The position numbers and the translations under genes were made by a program. A stretch of 64,000 nt of DNA from Podarcis tiliguerta (Eukaryota). Below, in pieces: positions 1 to 13,470 of this stretch (position 1 is its first letter; each line of letters starts with the position of its first letter). Under the pieces are notes generated by a model that saw only the letters and a program-made list of their open reading frames with translations, searched no databases and was not told the DNA's origin. Location of the stretch: assembly GCA_965153285.1 (NCBI GenBank), contig OZ229113.1; one strand, given 5' to 3'.

Positions 1-497
1 AATCAGAACAAACAAGCCAAAATGTTACACTGGGTGTGTACCAGATGTAAGAAGACCTTAATGTAACTATTTAGATCTCACTCTATGCTCAGGATACAAT
101 AACCAAAGTTATTTTGACTTGGGAACCAGCATTATAACTTAAATTTTAATTTCCTTCTAGTATTTACAATATAATGCTTTAAACTTTTCCAATTGTGCCT
201 TTCATGAAAGGTAAAGTTTTTAATGTTTGGTAGAAGTGTAACGAGAAGAGAATATTTATGTGGTTTTTCTCATTTGATTTTTAAAAAATCTGTGACCTAT
301 TTTTGAATGGGTGAAACAGCTGGATGACAGTAAGAGAAGGTTGGCTGGGAATTTCGACTCCTTTAGAAACAGTACAAGCAAGAATTTGGTCCTGATTTCA
401 CAGAATATTAAGTTTTGGAAAACTAGGACCTTGGATTTCTGCATGCATTTGTTCGTATGTGCTTAAATCCTGCATGATGGGGCTTGTATGTATCTCC

Positions 498-677
498 TAG
501 GGTAGCCATAGTTCAAAAAGTGGAAATCCGTTTTTAACTTACACTGAGCAATTTTGTTAGGAAAATCAGCAAAACCGACACTACAGACCTGGCTTGCCAT
601 ATGTCTGGATTTTTCCGGACATTTTTTTTTTTTTTTGGCCGATTTCCGCCCGAACGCTGCTTCATATGGCAACCCTA
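498..677. mobile_element. Non-autonomous hAT-like DNA transposon (MITE), internally deleted
   Basis: Ends TAGGGTAGCCATA...TATGGCAACCCTA form an imperfect TIR; interior resembles the element at 10555-11056; no clear TSD. Confidence 0.6.
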
Positions 678-858
678 TTTTAGGTATACTGTTTGTGCTG
701 TGGAATTATTTTTCACATTTCTATGAGAAACTAAGCTTAACTTTTGGTATTAAGGGCTATTTGTCAGTTGATTATCGCCATTTATCATGTTTCTCTTTTT
801 CTGTGTTGTCAGGACCTAAGTACACATCATCTTAATTTTGTGATCAACAATCGCATTG

Positions 859-859
<1 letters not shown>

Positions 860-890
<31 letters not shown>
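860..890. repeat. (CA)n microsatellite
   Basis: About 15 perfect CA units. Confidence 0.98.
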
Positions 891-892
<2 letters not shown>

Positions 893-2035
893 CCTTGGCG
901 GGGGAAGGTTGTCCTTGAATATGCTGGGGGTGGGGGTGGTTTGCTGTTCTCTGGGTGGAGAAGTTTAAGTTTTCCCTCCATTGTCGTGAAATTGGTGAAC
1001 CCCCCCATCCCCGATGTAGCAGTTAGCATTGGGAGAAACCTTCCATTGGCATCAATGGAAGAGACAGGCTTAGGAAGTGGTGAGTTCTCGTTTGCTGGAG
1101 GTCTTCAAACTGAGCTTGGACAGAAATCTGCATTGAGCCGGCGGCAGCCAATATCAATATTCAGATTTGAAAACCAGGTCAGCTGGAATGATGATAAACC
1201 AGTGGTTTACAACACCAAACTAGCATCTAGGAACCCCAGACATATTTTTGTACTAATAAGGAGATTGGATATTAACCTCTGTGAACAGAACTGGTTCAGA
1301 AGCACCTTTTTGTGGGTAGATCTAAAACACAAGGCTATTGTTCACATCCTTCCTGTTAGTGCCTTAAAGAGTCTACCTTGGAATGAATTGAATAGTAGGG
1401 CTCATTCTTCAATGCTGGAACTTTTGTATCCCATCAGTGTGATGTGCCATTTGGGTCTGCTGGGTTTATACCCATTTTGCAGGTACATGATGCTAATTCT
1501 TACAGAAAAAATAACAAAAGGCCATATGAATGGACTGGTAGTTTATGTCACCAGCACTAACCACTAATCCTTGAAGTATATGACCTTTCAAGTGTCTTCT
1601 AGTATGAATTATGATGACCAGTTATTGCTTTTCAATCAATTTAATATCAGGCTTAGTTACTCAGTTCTCCTCTCTCCACATCTGACCTCAGTATAGTTGA
1701 AAGTAATTTATCACCAGCAATACCACAACATTCATTCTTCTCCCCCTCAACCTAGTGATTTGTTCATTTAGCCCTTGCAGGAATTTCTTCTTTTTAATCA
1801 AAATCATTAACAGAATCTGTTTACCATCTTGGATCCATTTTTCTGCCTCTTGGCTTATTTGGAAGTTATACAACTGAACGGTTTTTCCAAGTTGTTTTCT
1901 TTAAAGATAATCTGGTCTTCAAATTTAGCCAAAGTGTTGTAAAAGCTCTTGACAATGCAAGAAATTAAAAGGTGTATTTTTTTCTTAATTCAGTGCCATG
2001 TATAAATGCAGCACAGTCTATATTATAATACTTGC

Positions 2036-2226
2036 ACTATCTTGATTCTCGAACTGAATCTGTTCCTGGGAGTCTGTTTGACTCCCGAAACCATTTGAAA
2101 ACCAAGGTGTGGCTTCCTATTGGCTGTAGGAGCTTCCTGCACTCAAGAACACTTACTTCTGGGTTTGCTGCATTTGGGAGCTGACTTGTTGGGGAGCCAA
2201 GCTGTTCAAGTACCAAGGTACCACTG
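2036..2226. mobile_element. Tc1/pogo (Tigger-like) MITE with decayed left end
   Basis: Right end CAAGGTACCACTG followed by TA matches the TIR of copies at 10753 and 19831. Confidence 0.65.
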
Positions 2227-2617
2227 TATGTGTATGTTTTAAGCAGTGACAGCATATGAAAAATATTTTATAAATTTAAAACTCTTGTCTATATTACTTT
2301 CTCAAGGCTTACTGTTTGACGTCTGCACTACAGCCAGAGGACAGGGCCTCCTTAATGCTGGGAATTCCATCCTTGGTGTATGGTCTTTCTGTTGTGAATA
2401 TGGAGAGAACTGGTTTCTCTATATACCCGTTGTACCTCATCCCATAGCTTGTGTAAGGAAATGCATGGCTGTAATTATGCACAGAATTATAGCTGCTACT
2501 AATCATACTAACAGCATTCTCTGTTCTCTGGGTGCCTATCTTTATGTAGCCACAGTGGCACCATCCATACACCAAAGGAAAGTATTGGCAGGCCGAGGTA
2601 GAACCTCAAGGTTTGTA

Positions 2618-2749
2618 GAGGTGGATAGCTCAGTCGGTAAGAGTGTGGTGTTGAAAATGCCAAGGTTGCAGGTTTGCTCCCCGTAAGGGACAGCTGCATA
2701 TTCCTGTATTGCAGGGGGTTGGACTAGATGATCCTTGATGATTCTATGA
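2618..2749 (+). mobile_element. tRNA-derived SINE with CR1-type 3' tail (Squam2/POM-like)
   Basis: A-box-like TAGCTCAGTCGGT and degenerate B box GGTTTGCTCCC; tail GGTTGGACTAGATGATC...ATTCTATGA is typical of CR1 3' ends. Confidence 0.7.
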
Positions 2750-2759
2750 GAAGCAACAA

Positions 2760-2763
2760 CAAA

Positions 2764-2816
<53 letters not shown>

Positions 2817-2843
2817 AAGAAAGAAAGAAAAGAGAAAGAAAGA
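2760..2843. repeat. Compound (GAAA)n/(GA)n purine microsatellite
   Basis: Visible directly; lies just after the SINE tail. Confidence 0.95.
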
Positions 2844-3939
2844 AGATGGACCTAAGGCTAGGTGTCTGAAAACCCAATACAGCCCAGTGAAGACAGAGCA
2901 TGATAAATGACCATGGGATGCTGAATAATTGTTGGGGAGAGGGAACCAGGAAGCCTGGTGGGTGAACAAATTTAACAGATGATCCTAAGACTCCACACTG
3001 CAACATTTTGCTGCAGATTCCACTTGTATTAATATGAAGTTTTCAAAAGTTAAGCATTTTCCCGTATTAGTGAAATCGCATGATAAAATAACATCAGGCC
3101 GACTCCTACCATTTTAAAATATATATTTTGGTAATCTCACAACCATATCTTTTGGAGATTTGTAGCAGTGTGAGGAAAGTGGCTGGTAGTATCCATGTGA
3201 AATGCTGTGCACACTAATGGGCTGCCCCGCAGGACAATCGCCTTGTAGATACAATTTCCAACAGACCCGTGAAGCAGGTCTTAGTTGATATGCCTGCAAA
3301 TTCCCTCGAGGTATCAAGCCTCTCAACATGTGCAAACAGAACCAGTCATTGGAAGAGAAGTGTATCAATCACTTCAGAAAAGTCTGACTATGCTTTTAGT
3401 ATCGGTGGGAATTCAAAAAGGTCAATAGGCTCAAGGCCAGAATGTCATGGCACACATACAAAAAGAAAATAGATATTCTCCATATTAGTTAAGAACATTG
3501 GGGGAGGGGGGAGGGGGTGGAGAAGGTGTATATTATGAAAGAAAAATGCTGGATTTGATCTACACTTAATGTGTTCAGCCTTCTACATCAAGTAGTGAAA
3601 ACAACTACATAACTTTACTCACATCTGCTGTTTTAAACCACCATTTTCTTTTCAGTTTCCTCCTTCCCTGCTTTACACAAATTTCTGCCCTATTTGTTTT
3701 CATAACCACTGCTTTTCACCTGTCCATGTCTCCCCTTTCTCGCTCCTATGCCATGACCACAGCTGATATAGCCGTCCTTTTCTTTTGCTCTTTCCCCCTA
3801 CCCCTTCCCGACTTCATGGAAATTCAAGATTGTGATGAGGCGCTATAAATCCTCCACTGGGAGCTGTGCTATAACAACCTTGCATTTTTCTCTATATATG
3901 GGAAGACAGAGATGGGAGAACTTTTAGCTCACCCGGCTT

Positions 3940-4034
3940 TGCCGGACTCCAACTCCCGTCAGCCCCAGCCAGAACAGCAAGAGAGCTTATGGGAGTAGCA
4001 GTCTATCTGAAGGGCTCAGAGTTCCCCATCCTTG
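3940..4034. mobile_element. Short palindromic squamate MITE fragment
   Basis: GGACTCCAACTCCC...GGGAGTAGCAGTC...GTTCCCCATCC; related to the copy at 35350-35472. Confidence 0.55.
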
Positions 4035-4066
4035 ATTTAATAAATATCATGTTATCTTGGTTATCC

Positions 4067-4204
4067 CATACCCTCCAACATTTTCCCAATGAAAATAGGA
4101 GCATTTTAAGGAAAAGCGGGACATTCTGGGATCAAATCAGAAACCAGGACTGCATCTATAAATCCGGGACTGTCCGTGGAAAATGGGGACACTTGGATCG
4201 TCTG
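4067..4204. mobile_element. Short hAT-like MITE
   Basis: Ends CATACCCTCCAA...TTGGATCGTCTG with repeated GGGAC motifs; colinear with 58319-58454. Confidence 0.7.
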
Positions 4205-5627
4205 TATCCTATTCTTTTAGGATTGTAAATGACTAGCATAAATTTCAAAAATGCAATGTAAATGAGCTTAGGCTGATGATACATTGCTTCTTTATTTTTT
4301 TTTATTTTTTTTGTATTTAAACATTAATTTTGGAAAGACAGGGATGGCTTCTAGTCCTTCCGTGGCATTACATGCTTCTCTTTAGGAGCAAGTAGGTGAC
4401 TGATTCATGGATGTGTCATGTAGCATCTAATGGCATTCTGATGGCTCCCTTCCCCCTTCCCCTGCCTACTGATGTTTGCTTTAAGAAAAGAACGGTTCTT
4501 AAGGACAGTTTTGAATTGCCAACAAGTTTATGGACTTGCTTTTTTGTTTTGGAAATTAACTACTTTAATTACCTGCCTTGTCTGCTAGACTATTACTTGC
4601 CTTGTCTGCTGTGTTTATGGCCTTGCCATTTTCCTTGTATGGGCCACTTTAATTATCTTTGTTTGCTCAAGAATGAGAATAAGATTTACAATGAAGGATC
4701 TGTGCCTGTTTCCATTGTGGTGGGATCCTGTGAAAGGGCCTCCCAGTCAAAACCATGCTGTGGTTTAATTGAAGACAAAAGCATATCTCTGGACTTTCAT
4801 TAAATGCTGTGTATCAGTTACAGGGAGACTGTGAGTTAGAGATACCGCAGTATGTTTATTTTAGGATACTGTATAATCTCACCTTCCCCCAACCCCATTT
4901 TGTTGCTGTTATTTCCCGCCCCTTTTATCCTGAAGAGGCCAGCGTAAGAGTTTAACAAAGCACTTTATTGACAGGATAAGTAAAATGAAGAATCAAAGAG
5001 GCACCCTTAATGACCTTTTGTGGATATAAATCATTAATGCTATGTGTTGTTGCTAACATCCTGCATGGGTCATAAAAAAAAACCCGGTTGGCCCTTCACA
5101 ATGCAAGCAGAGGTGTTGGTTCTGAATAAAAATTTCCATTGCAAGCAGAAATGTTTTCCCACCTTTGATTTTTCTTCCTCTTTGGATTTTTGTATGCCCC
5201 CTCTGCCAAATTTCCCATTGAGTGTGAACCAAAACAAACAAGCCAAGTATTTTGTTTTCAAAGTCCCCTTAAAAACAAATGATCATGAATTACATTGCTT
5301 ATTTTGATTTCTGCATGTCTTTTCAAGGCTTTCTTTTATTTTAATTTTTAGGGAAAGACATTGTTAGGTATGTTTTTATCTCATGAAAGGCTGTAATTTG
5401 AGAGATTCAGTAAATCAAGGGCAGACAGTTTAATGTCTGTAAAGCATGTCTAGCCTGCCAGCCATTTCTTCATACCTCACACGACCTCTCTTTGGCAAAT
5501 CAAATCTGGTAGACATTAGGAGACCCATGAATCTAACATAGCTGACCCCTATTCTGAATATGTTACACAGTGTGGCAATACTCAGAGAACAGCAAGGTGT
5601 TTCATAGTAGAGATCAGTTTAACCATC

Positions 5628-5760
5628 GTAAGAAGAACCCTCCTGGATGAAACCAATGGTTCATCCAGTCCAGAATTCTAAGCAGCAACCAAACAGATGC
5701 CTCCAGAAACTGCACCTGCAAACCTCAAAGGAACCCACAGTTATTTGCCATCATAGTTAT
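5628..5760 (-). mobile_element. Old CR1 LINE 3' fragment, apparently continued at ~6760-6855 after the LTR
   Basis: TAAGAAGAACCCTCCTGGATGAAACCAATGG..CATCCAGTCCAG resembles the CR1 3' end at 60208-60420. Confidence 0.5.
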
Positions 5761-5761
5761 G

Positions 5762-6634
5762 TGTTCAGTGGGCCATAGTTTCTTAACGCGGAACTTCCAC
5801 TCTGGGCCAAACTACATGTAACAATGAACGTACCACTTGTAGTTGGTTGAAATACATCAGGTCTTCCCTTAAAGAGGGCACGTATTGCGGTGAGACCTGG
5901 AAACCGACACCCTGTGTTGTGGGTGGGTACAATTGGTCAGCCACAACACCCAATTGGTAGGTCACTTGATGCTGGGTTTAATCAGGCCAACGGGATGCAG
6001 TCCAAATGGTTTGAGGGACCTATATATACCTATGTACATGACTCAGAGCTTCCTCTTTCGGCGCGTGCATTCGGAACACCCGCCCACCTCTCCCTATTTT
6101 TAGGGCTTTGCACTTGACCTTGCTATGCCGTTGTGTGTCTGTCGTTGGGACAGGGGCACGGCAGGAATTTTCCCCACTTGGCTGATTGGCTGGTGCCATT
6201 TGGGTTTTGCCTGCTGCAAGCAAATCATCACAACTTGTAAGGTTGCGGATAGGCTCTGGTTCAGGTGATAGGGATGGGAGAACGCTCTCACCATCCCTCT
6301 GTGAAGGGTATTCCATTAAAGGAATCCAGGGACTCGATGGTTTGGTCAACCCATGAGAGGGGGTTGTGCCCGTGCCTGAGTCCAGGGGGATATTTGGGTG
6401 GCGGAGATAGCCTGTTCCAGCTTTCCTCTTATCCAGGTGTTCACCCTTGGCTGACCTATGCTGGAACCCTGGGTCAGCGCTACCTGCATGGCAGGGAGCT
6501 AGTCGAACCAGAGCCTATGCAAGCATTCACTTTCTGAAATCAATAAACTTGTGGTCTAAATTCTGCCAAAAACCAAAACCAAAATTTGAGTCAAGTGTGA
6601 ATTTATTTAGGGGGGAGCTTTCTGGGTCTGAACA
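5762..6634 (+). mobile_element. Solo LTR of an LTR retrotransposon or ERV (~873 bp)
   Basis: Starts TGTTCAG and ends CTGAACA (TG..CA, 7-bp inverted ends); ATTGG/CCAAT boxes ~5930-5960, TATA-like TATATATA ~6021, AATAAA 6542-6547; richer in GC and CpG than the flanks; no TSD recognised. Confidence 0.7.
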
Positions 6635-7592
6635 CGCAAAAATCGGTAGATTAGCTGGCGTGGGGAAAGCAATCAGGATTGGGTCAATGGCATGCAGGAA
6701 GGGCAGAGCTAGCCGTTTCCCAGCCCACTCACAGTTACTACCTTGGCTGCATTAAGTCTCAGGATACATGTTCCTGTTGGTGCTAGTAGGAGCCATATTT
6801 GTCTAACCCTTAAGTAGGTTGGTGGTTACCACAGCATCTTGTGGTAATGAATATAAAAACATGTTATATTCTGTCATCGAATTCTACTTTCGGCAATATG
6901 GATATAATTATTGTTTGCATAAGACCATTTGAATGCTTGCAGCTATGAATATAAGAACATATTGCAAATAATATCCCATCAGTTTGGAGTCAGATTCCAA
7001 ATTCAGAATTATGCATATCATGATTGTACGTTTCCATGAAATAATTTGAATGCTTAGTTTTTATTTCTGCAGGGGGTGGGGCACACGTTATCTACATTTT
7101 GTTTTTGTGTATCAGATCAGGATATTTTTTTATAATGGCCAAATGAGAAAATTGGTGTAGTGACTTTAGAATTATCTCTGATCCTATGTTGTTTGAGCAT
7201 AGAAATAATAACTGTTTACTGTGAATAATCTTTGCTCAGAAGAGAGGCCCAAGAATAGGCTAACGTGAGGAATGAATTACTCTTTCTTTCTACACAGCAT
7301 GATCAGGTCAGGGTTGAGGGCAGAGAGGTTGGAGGGTGGTTGTGAATGCAAAACTTGGCATATGAACAAATAAAGGACTTAATGTTTCATGGCCCTAAGT
7401 ATGTTGGCTTTTACAGGCGTGGTATCACTGATATTTTTAATGGAAGTAATCGCTTGAGCTTTAAAGCCAGCCTTTTATTGAAGTCTTGAAAATAGATATC
7501 CAAACAAAAATCCAATAAAATTAGCAACCTTTGAATCAAGCTTAGAAACGTGTGTGGATTTTTAACTGGTTTTTATTACCTTCATTTTCTAG

Positions 7593-7665
7593 GTCTTCGG
7601 GGATTTTCACCATGTAGCTGGCAACACAGAGTTCTTATTTAACCATCAGGCGTACAGCACAAATG
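7593..7665 (+). other. Candidate 73-nt internal exon of an unidentified long-intron gene
   Basis: Branch-like TTTAAC (7561), polypyrimidine tract ending TTTTCTAG, donor ATG|GTAAGT; only one frame is open (VFGDFHHVAGNTEFLFNHQAYSTN) and I do not recognise the peptide. Confidence 0.6.
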
Positions 7666-7821
7666 GTAAGTTGTTTTGGCACAGCACGGTTATTACTGTG
7701 TAACTCAATGAATATTTGCAGTACTTGCATTTGTTGCCCAATGTTTTCCTGACAAATATGTAGAAAATTACAAAGTTCCTTATTTGAATTATTTACTTAC
7801 CTATTATATATTTGTGTGTGT

Positions 7822-8262
7822 GTGTACCAGCCCTTTAAGGAGCTCCTAGTGACATGCACTTGAATTATCCCATTTTATCCTCACAGCAATCCTGTGAAGT
7901 AAGTTAGATTGGTGTGTGGGGTTGGCCCTACTTTTAGGCAAAGTGAGGTTTCCCTCTTAGGCAGCGGCTTTTGGATATCATGAGATGGAAGAAAATCAAT
8001 TATTATTTATTATTGTTGGCATATTTGTTCCCAGCAAGGTATTCTGGAAAGTGTTTTTTGCCTCAGGCTCCAAAATAACTTGGCCAGCCTTGGGTCCTGT
8101 GCACTTTGACTGGGATTTATTTGTATGTCAATTGCTGTCCTGCCTCAAGCAGAAAATATATGACTTGCCCAAGGTCACACAGTGAGTATCCCTGAGAATT
8201 GAGGTTTAAGCCCATGCCTCTCTGTTCCAAATCCAGCATGCTAACCACTGTGGAACCCTGCC
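7822..8262 (-). mobile_element. MIR/CORE-like SINE, interrupted by a MITE
   Basis: ATCCTCACAGCAATCCTGTGAAGTA and TGACTTGCCCAAGGTCACACAG core motifs lie on either side of an insert. Confidence 0.65.
7917..8092. mobile_element. Degenerate hAT-like MITE inside the MIR-like SINE
   Basis: Ends GGGGTTGGCCCT...TGGCCAGCCTTG resemble CAGGGCCGGCC-type TIRs. Confidence 0.45.
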
Positions 8263-10554
8263 TCTTTCCAGGCTGTCATTGCTGTTGAGGTTTATTTTGT
8301 GATGGAAAACCTTATTTGGAGCAGAATTTCTAGGCCTCGGGTATTTTAGGCGCCCACTTAAGCTTTTATATCTTGGTTCACTCCCAGGTATGTTGACTTG
8401 ATTCTTTTTTCCTGTATTGATCATGCACCCTGACCCATTAGCATGCTGGCCTTGCCCTATTCAAAACTGCCAGGCTTCCCCCATCTGTTGAAAACATACT
8501 TGTTGTGCCCCCCATACCAGTCCGAACCTCGTTAACTGAGATCATCACTGGCTGGGCAATTTAAAATCACTACATGGCAAGCCAGTTGTTAACCTATGAA
8601 GAAAATCACCTAATCATCTCAAACCAAGACTAATGAATAATCAGAGATTCTTTTAGTTTCAATATCTTCCTGATGGAATGTCAGATATGTTGAACATGAG
8701 GGCTTGACATTAGAAGTATATGAGGAGTAACATAAAAGATGCGTGATGCAACCAGTCTTAAATCTTATAGACTAGTTTCTTTCCCCAAACCTTTGATGTT
8801 CATATTGTATACACACACTTCTGATTTTACAACTTGTCTGGGTTTCCCAGGTGTTTTCACATTGTCATGAAATGGCTTTGATGATGTCCAACATTTCCAT
8901 TTGACATTTGAAACTTTACAATCAAGTTGGAAAGGCTCTTCTTTAGGTCCTGTGTTACACGCTCAAATGTTTGCTAATGTAGGAAGGGGGAAATCCAGCT
9001 CATAGAAAATGAGTATATAAGGGAGATGGCAAGGCTGAACACTTCCTCCTGACATGCTAGCTTTGGATATTTAGGAAATAATTATAAATGGACAAACATT
9101 GAGGCATAGATGTTCTCCCACTTGAATTGGCACAGTCTAGGAGGAACTGTTTTATTACTAGATTCATGTATACTACTCGAACATATAGATCTCCAATCTT
9201 CTAGGCTGCATTAGTATCTTTGTTTCAGACTCTGCAAAGCCATGTTCACCTGAACATGGGAAGGTTTTATCCATAAATGAGGGTAGGGGTACACATGCAG
9301 TCTCTGCCCCCCACATCCCAGGGTGTACAGGCTCCTCTTTGGCTCTTTGTGTGTGTAGCACAAAGGGCTGAAAAGAGTGTCAAAAGTGTCCTTTTGAACT
9401 TGCTTAGAAATATTCCCACATCTTAATCAGGTTTCAACGTACCATACTTGGAAACGTTCTTCAGACCGCCATGCAAAACACACAAGGTCTGGAGAGGAGC
9501 ATCCAGGCACATAGGTATTATGGGAAAGGCTTTTGTCTGTATCCCAGTAGTCTTACACATGGACAATACCTTCCTGTGTTCACTTGAACACGGCTTTTCT
9601 TGCTCTTCTTTTAGAAACATTCCTCTTTTTAAATTATTGCCTCACTTTACATTCTCTATAAACTTATGAAAATGCTACTCACTGTGAGACTGTCTATTCC
9701 AACCTATGATGCTGATATTTTCTATTAATTGGTTTTGAACATTTTGACACTCTGCAGGCTCTCTAATTTTAAGCAATGATTTATTTTTTCTTTAAAGACT
9801 AATTTCATATCAGTGCAGCGTTCTTATGCATTCAGAGTGATAAAATATGCTTCAAATTCTACATCTACATTTAACTGTAAGCTTACTTTGCGCTCCTGTT
9901 TTTGTTTCCTCTTCGGCTTTCTGAGAGTTATGAAAATACATTACATTTTAAAAGATCTTTTAAGTTTCCACTGACTATCTCAGGGAATTCTTATGGATAT
10001 CTAAGTCTGAGCTTCACAATCATCTTTGTTTATAGCAGCCCTGCTGTTGCGGCAAAGATAAGACTGCAGGAAGTACCTCTCCAGTGTCAAAAGCCCTCAG
10101 CTTTCATTCTTGTACATTTGTGTGCCCAACACTCAACATAATAATTTCTTACTGTCAACTTTAGGCTGATGCAATTTTAGTCGAGTAATTTTTTGCTATT
10201 CATTATCATCATGAGTGCTCTTAAGGGAGTCTGGTTTCCCTACACTTGTGGAGAAGATCAATTGAGATAATCTTGGCTTAATCCCATTGCACTCTGGTTT
10301 TGTTTATTGCTTCCTTTGTTGTGAAATTTACACAAATTGCAAGAAAGACATAAGGCAGTGTGGTTATTGTTTCCGAAATACATGCAACAAAAAGGGCCTC
10401 TGAATCTTAAGACTGAATCTTAAGTACAGCATCTTGAAAATCTATTTATAGCAATTCAAATAACTAACTTTTGTGACTGAAATCCATAAGGAGCTCAGTG
10501 ATGTTGGAGTCTCTATTTCTATTGCACATGCAGTCTATTTCTGAAAGGCTAGCA

Positions 10555-11056
10555 TAGGATTACCATACATCAAACAGTGAAAATCTGGACAGAAAAATTG
10601 TTAAGCTTTTTTGGTCAAAGTTGGTTGAGTTTTGTTTTGTTGGCCCCAAAAATTGCAGTTTTTGAGCTATTTTTATGAAAAAAAACCCCGCACTGCCAAA
10701 ATGGGCTGACACATGTCTCGGTTTTACCAGACATTTGACTGATTTCCAGATACAGTGGTACCTCGGGTTACAGACACTTCGGGTTACAGATGCTTCAGGT
10801 TACAGACTCCACTAACCGAGAAATAGTACCTCGGGTTAAGAACTTTACTTCAGGATGAGAACAGAAATCGTGCTTCGGCGGCGTGGCAGCAGTGGGAAGC
10901 CCCATTAGCTAAAGTGGTACCTCAGGTTAAGAACAGTTTCAGGTTAAGAACAGACCTCCAGAACGAATTAAGTTCTTAACCCGAGGTACCACTGTACTGC
11001 TGCTGACTGTGGTATTCCTTGTATGTCCAGGAAAATCAGGATGTATAATAACCGTA
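10555..11056. mobile_element. hAT-like MITE hosting a nested Tigger-like MITE
   Basis: Imperfect 17-bp TIRs TAGGATTACCATACATC / GATGTATAATAACCGTA; flanks GCTAGCA / GCTGGCA (TSD, 1 mismatch). Confidence 0.65.
10753..10994. mobile_element. Tc1/pogo (Tigger-like) MITE, 242 bp
   Basis: TIR CAGTGGTACCTCGGGTTA...TAACCCGAGGTACCACTG with TA on both sides; closely similar to 19831-20072. Confidence 0.92.
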
Positions 11057-12894
11057 GCTGGCATATGTGCACTGATTTTAATCACCTATTTGCTTCTCAT
11101 TCAATACATTACACATGGTGGCATAATTTGAAAGATATTGTAAAAAAGAAAGAAATAGAACTGACCTTTTAAGAATTTGGGAAAACCACCAAATCCGTTT
11201 TCTTCATTATGCTTCTTACTTTTTTCATAGCATAAGAGAATCACTGTCATGTCTAGATATGAGCAAAAATGGTTTTGTCACTGACTGCCAGTACCTTTAT
11301 TAGAATATCTCTGCACTTCTATTCCCCACCCCCTTGTCCTTAGTATCTCACAGAAGCCTTTTAAACGCATGACTTTCATTCCTGGTTTCCCACACAGCCC
11401 TGATTCTGTAGGCTACTTGCCTGCCCTCTTCCCACAGCCTTGCAGTTTTGGATCTCCAGGAGATAACTCCCCCCCCCCCCAGCACTTTCAGCAGGAGGGC
11501 ATGTGTTTCCTTGTTGTGGAACCTGCATAACATTTGTTCTTCCCTGTTTACAACTCAAGGAGGTTGGCTTGATTTTCCACCCCCCCAAACCCCCCTCCTA
11601 CCTGCTTTCTTGGCTTTCCTTTAGCACACAGGGGGGCTGCAAAATCAGCAATGATCTTAATTAAATGTTTTCTCTGCAGAAACAACAGGGCCTTTCTGAG
11701 GTTGAAATGCAGGCAGCAGACCTTATCACAAAAGACAAAGGCAAATATTTATCAAGGAACAAAAGAGTCTGGCTGCTTACATCTTGTTTGATTACCTTCC
11801 CCCTCCCTGCCCTTAGGGGAGATGTTTATCAGGGCCTGGTTGAGATTCTGATTGGCCATATTATCTACCAATATGCCAATTTTGTGTGAAGGATAGAATG
11901 GCACATATTGCTTTTAAAATAAATAAAAATCATACCCTGGTTGTTGATATTTGGTCACTTTGTATTTGGAGAAGATGTACTGGAGAAGTAGTGAAATTGC
12001 TGCTTGCGAGGTGGTGTGTTGTTCGATAAGCACACAGAGTGCAACGAGACTGAGTGTTTGTGGGGGGGAAGGAGGCTCATTTAATTTCATTGTGCACATC
12101 TTGTACAATGACAATAAAGGTATTATTATTGTTATTTGCCTTCAGGTGGATTTAATACTGATTTGGAGTATGCAGCTGGAGTATGCTATAAATGTGATTT
12201 TTATTGTAAACATGATCAGACATCTTTTAAAAAACTTAATCCACCTATTCAGTATAGATTTTAACTATTTGCTTTTTTTAAAAAAGGTAGGCAGTTAATA
12301 ATAAAACATTGCAGGATGATCTAGCCTTGTTGGTCACAATATGAACTATGGATGGTGATCCCAAAATTGGGATGGTCTAAGCAACCCATGTTCCATGAGC
12401 TTCAACATTTCTGCATACAGTCATATCTAATATCTATGAATAAATAGTGCTGGGGAGCCTAACTTATGGTGTCAGTTGGGCTATTAGCTGCATCTTATTT
12501 GTTGCATTGTGATTTTACTATTCTATTCTTTTAATATGTGCATGGACTTGAGACAGATTGTAATAAAAACAGCCCTGTAAAGAAATAAAATAATACAAGA
12601 GAGTGGTAGCAGTTTCTCAAAAAATGCTTTTGAGAGATATAAAATACATGTATATAAAGATGTTTTCTGCACTGAACCATCAGTTCATTTGTATATGCTA
12701 TAAGTAACAAATACTATTAAAATATGCCTGCTTTCTTAATGAACAAAAGTAGTTTGACAAAACATTTAATGAAACATATTTTTTGATTATGACATTAATG
12801 TGAAAAGCACTTAACATTGTATCATTTATAATTGTAACTACTTTGCAAATTGTTACTGCTAAGCATCAGAATGCATTGCTGTGATTAGACAGCT

Positions 12895-12908
12895 CCATTA
12901 GGTGGCAT
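12895..12908 (+). promoter_or_regulatory. Possible CTCF motif
   Basis: CCATTAGGTGGCAT, near match to the core CCASYAGRKGGCRS. Confidence 0.3.
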
Positions 12909-13446
12909 ACTTATGTGTTCCTGTTGCAACAGAGTGAAATATATTGCTGTGGAAAGTTCAAAGTATGTTGTTAGGATTTGTCTTAATTTTGCTGTATTAA
13001 AAAGTTTAAAGCGCTATGGATAGTATTCATCTAAACAGTTCCACTTCCGGCTGTGAAGCAAAACTTCCTCTCCCTCCTTTCTTCTTGCTGCCCGCCCCCT
13101 AAGTTCTGGGAATTGCCCTGGTCAACTGGAAAACATTTAGAGAAGTATGTGGTGGGCACATAGAGAGAAGAAATTCAGTTGCATAAACAAAAGTGCTGCT
13201 AGTGGAACTATTTCATTGAATATCTCTCTATAACAATGTAGCTTATAAGGATGCAGGTGTGTTTTTAGGTTAGGACAGAAAACGTGATACTGTGTTATCT
13301 ACACGTTTAACATCTTCAGACAATGCAAACAAGAAAAGTTGGATTCAGTGAATGGGTCTAGTTCTCATAGAGGTAATAAATCTATGTTAGGACTGTACCA
13401 CTTTAGAATGCAGATGGAACTCATAGGATGGATTGCAAATGCATGC

Positions 13447-13470
13447 AAACAAACAAACAAACAAACAAAA
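13447..13470. repeat. (AAAC)n microsatellite
   Basis: Visible directly. Confidence 0.9.

Noticed and set aside
941-1567. Longest ORF in the window (208 aa)
   Set aside because: Non-ATG start, no recognisable motifs and no convincing splice context; consistent with chance
2618-2700. tRNA-like sequences here and at the heads of the Sauria and Squam3-like copies
   Set aside because: They are SINE heads continuing into SINE bodies; no intact cloverleaf
2542-3006. Hydrophobic or charged ORFs (LSLSLS, EREREK)
   Set aside because: Translations of the (GA)/(GAAA) microsatellite
5783-6755. Cluster of ORFs in the GC-rich region
   Set aside because: They lie in the solo LTR and show no gag, pol or env motifs
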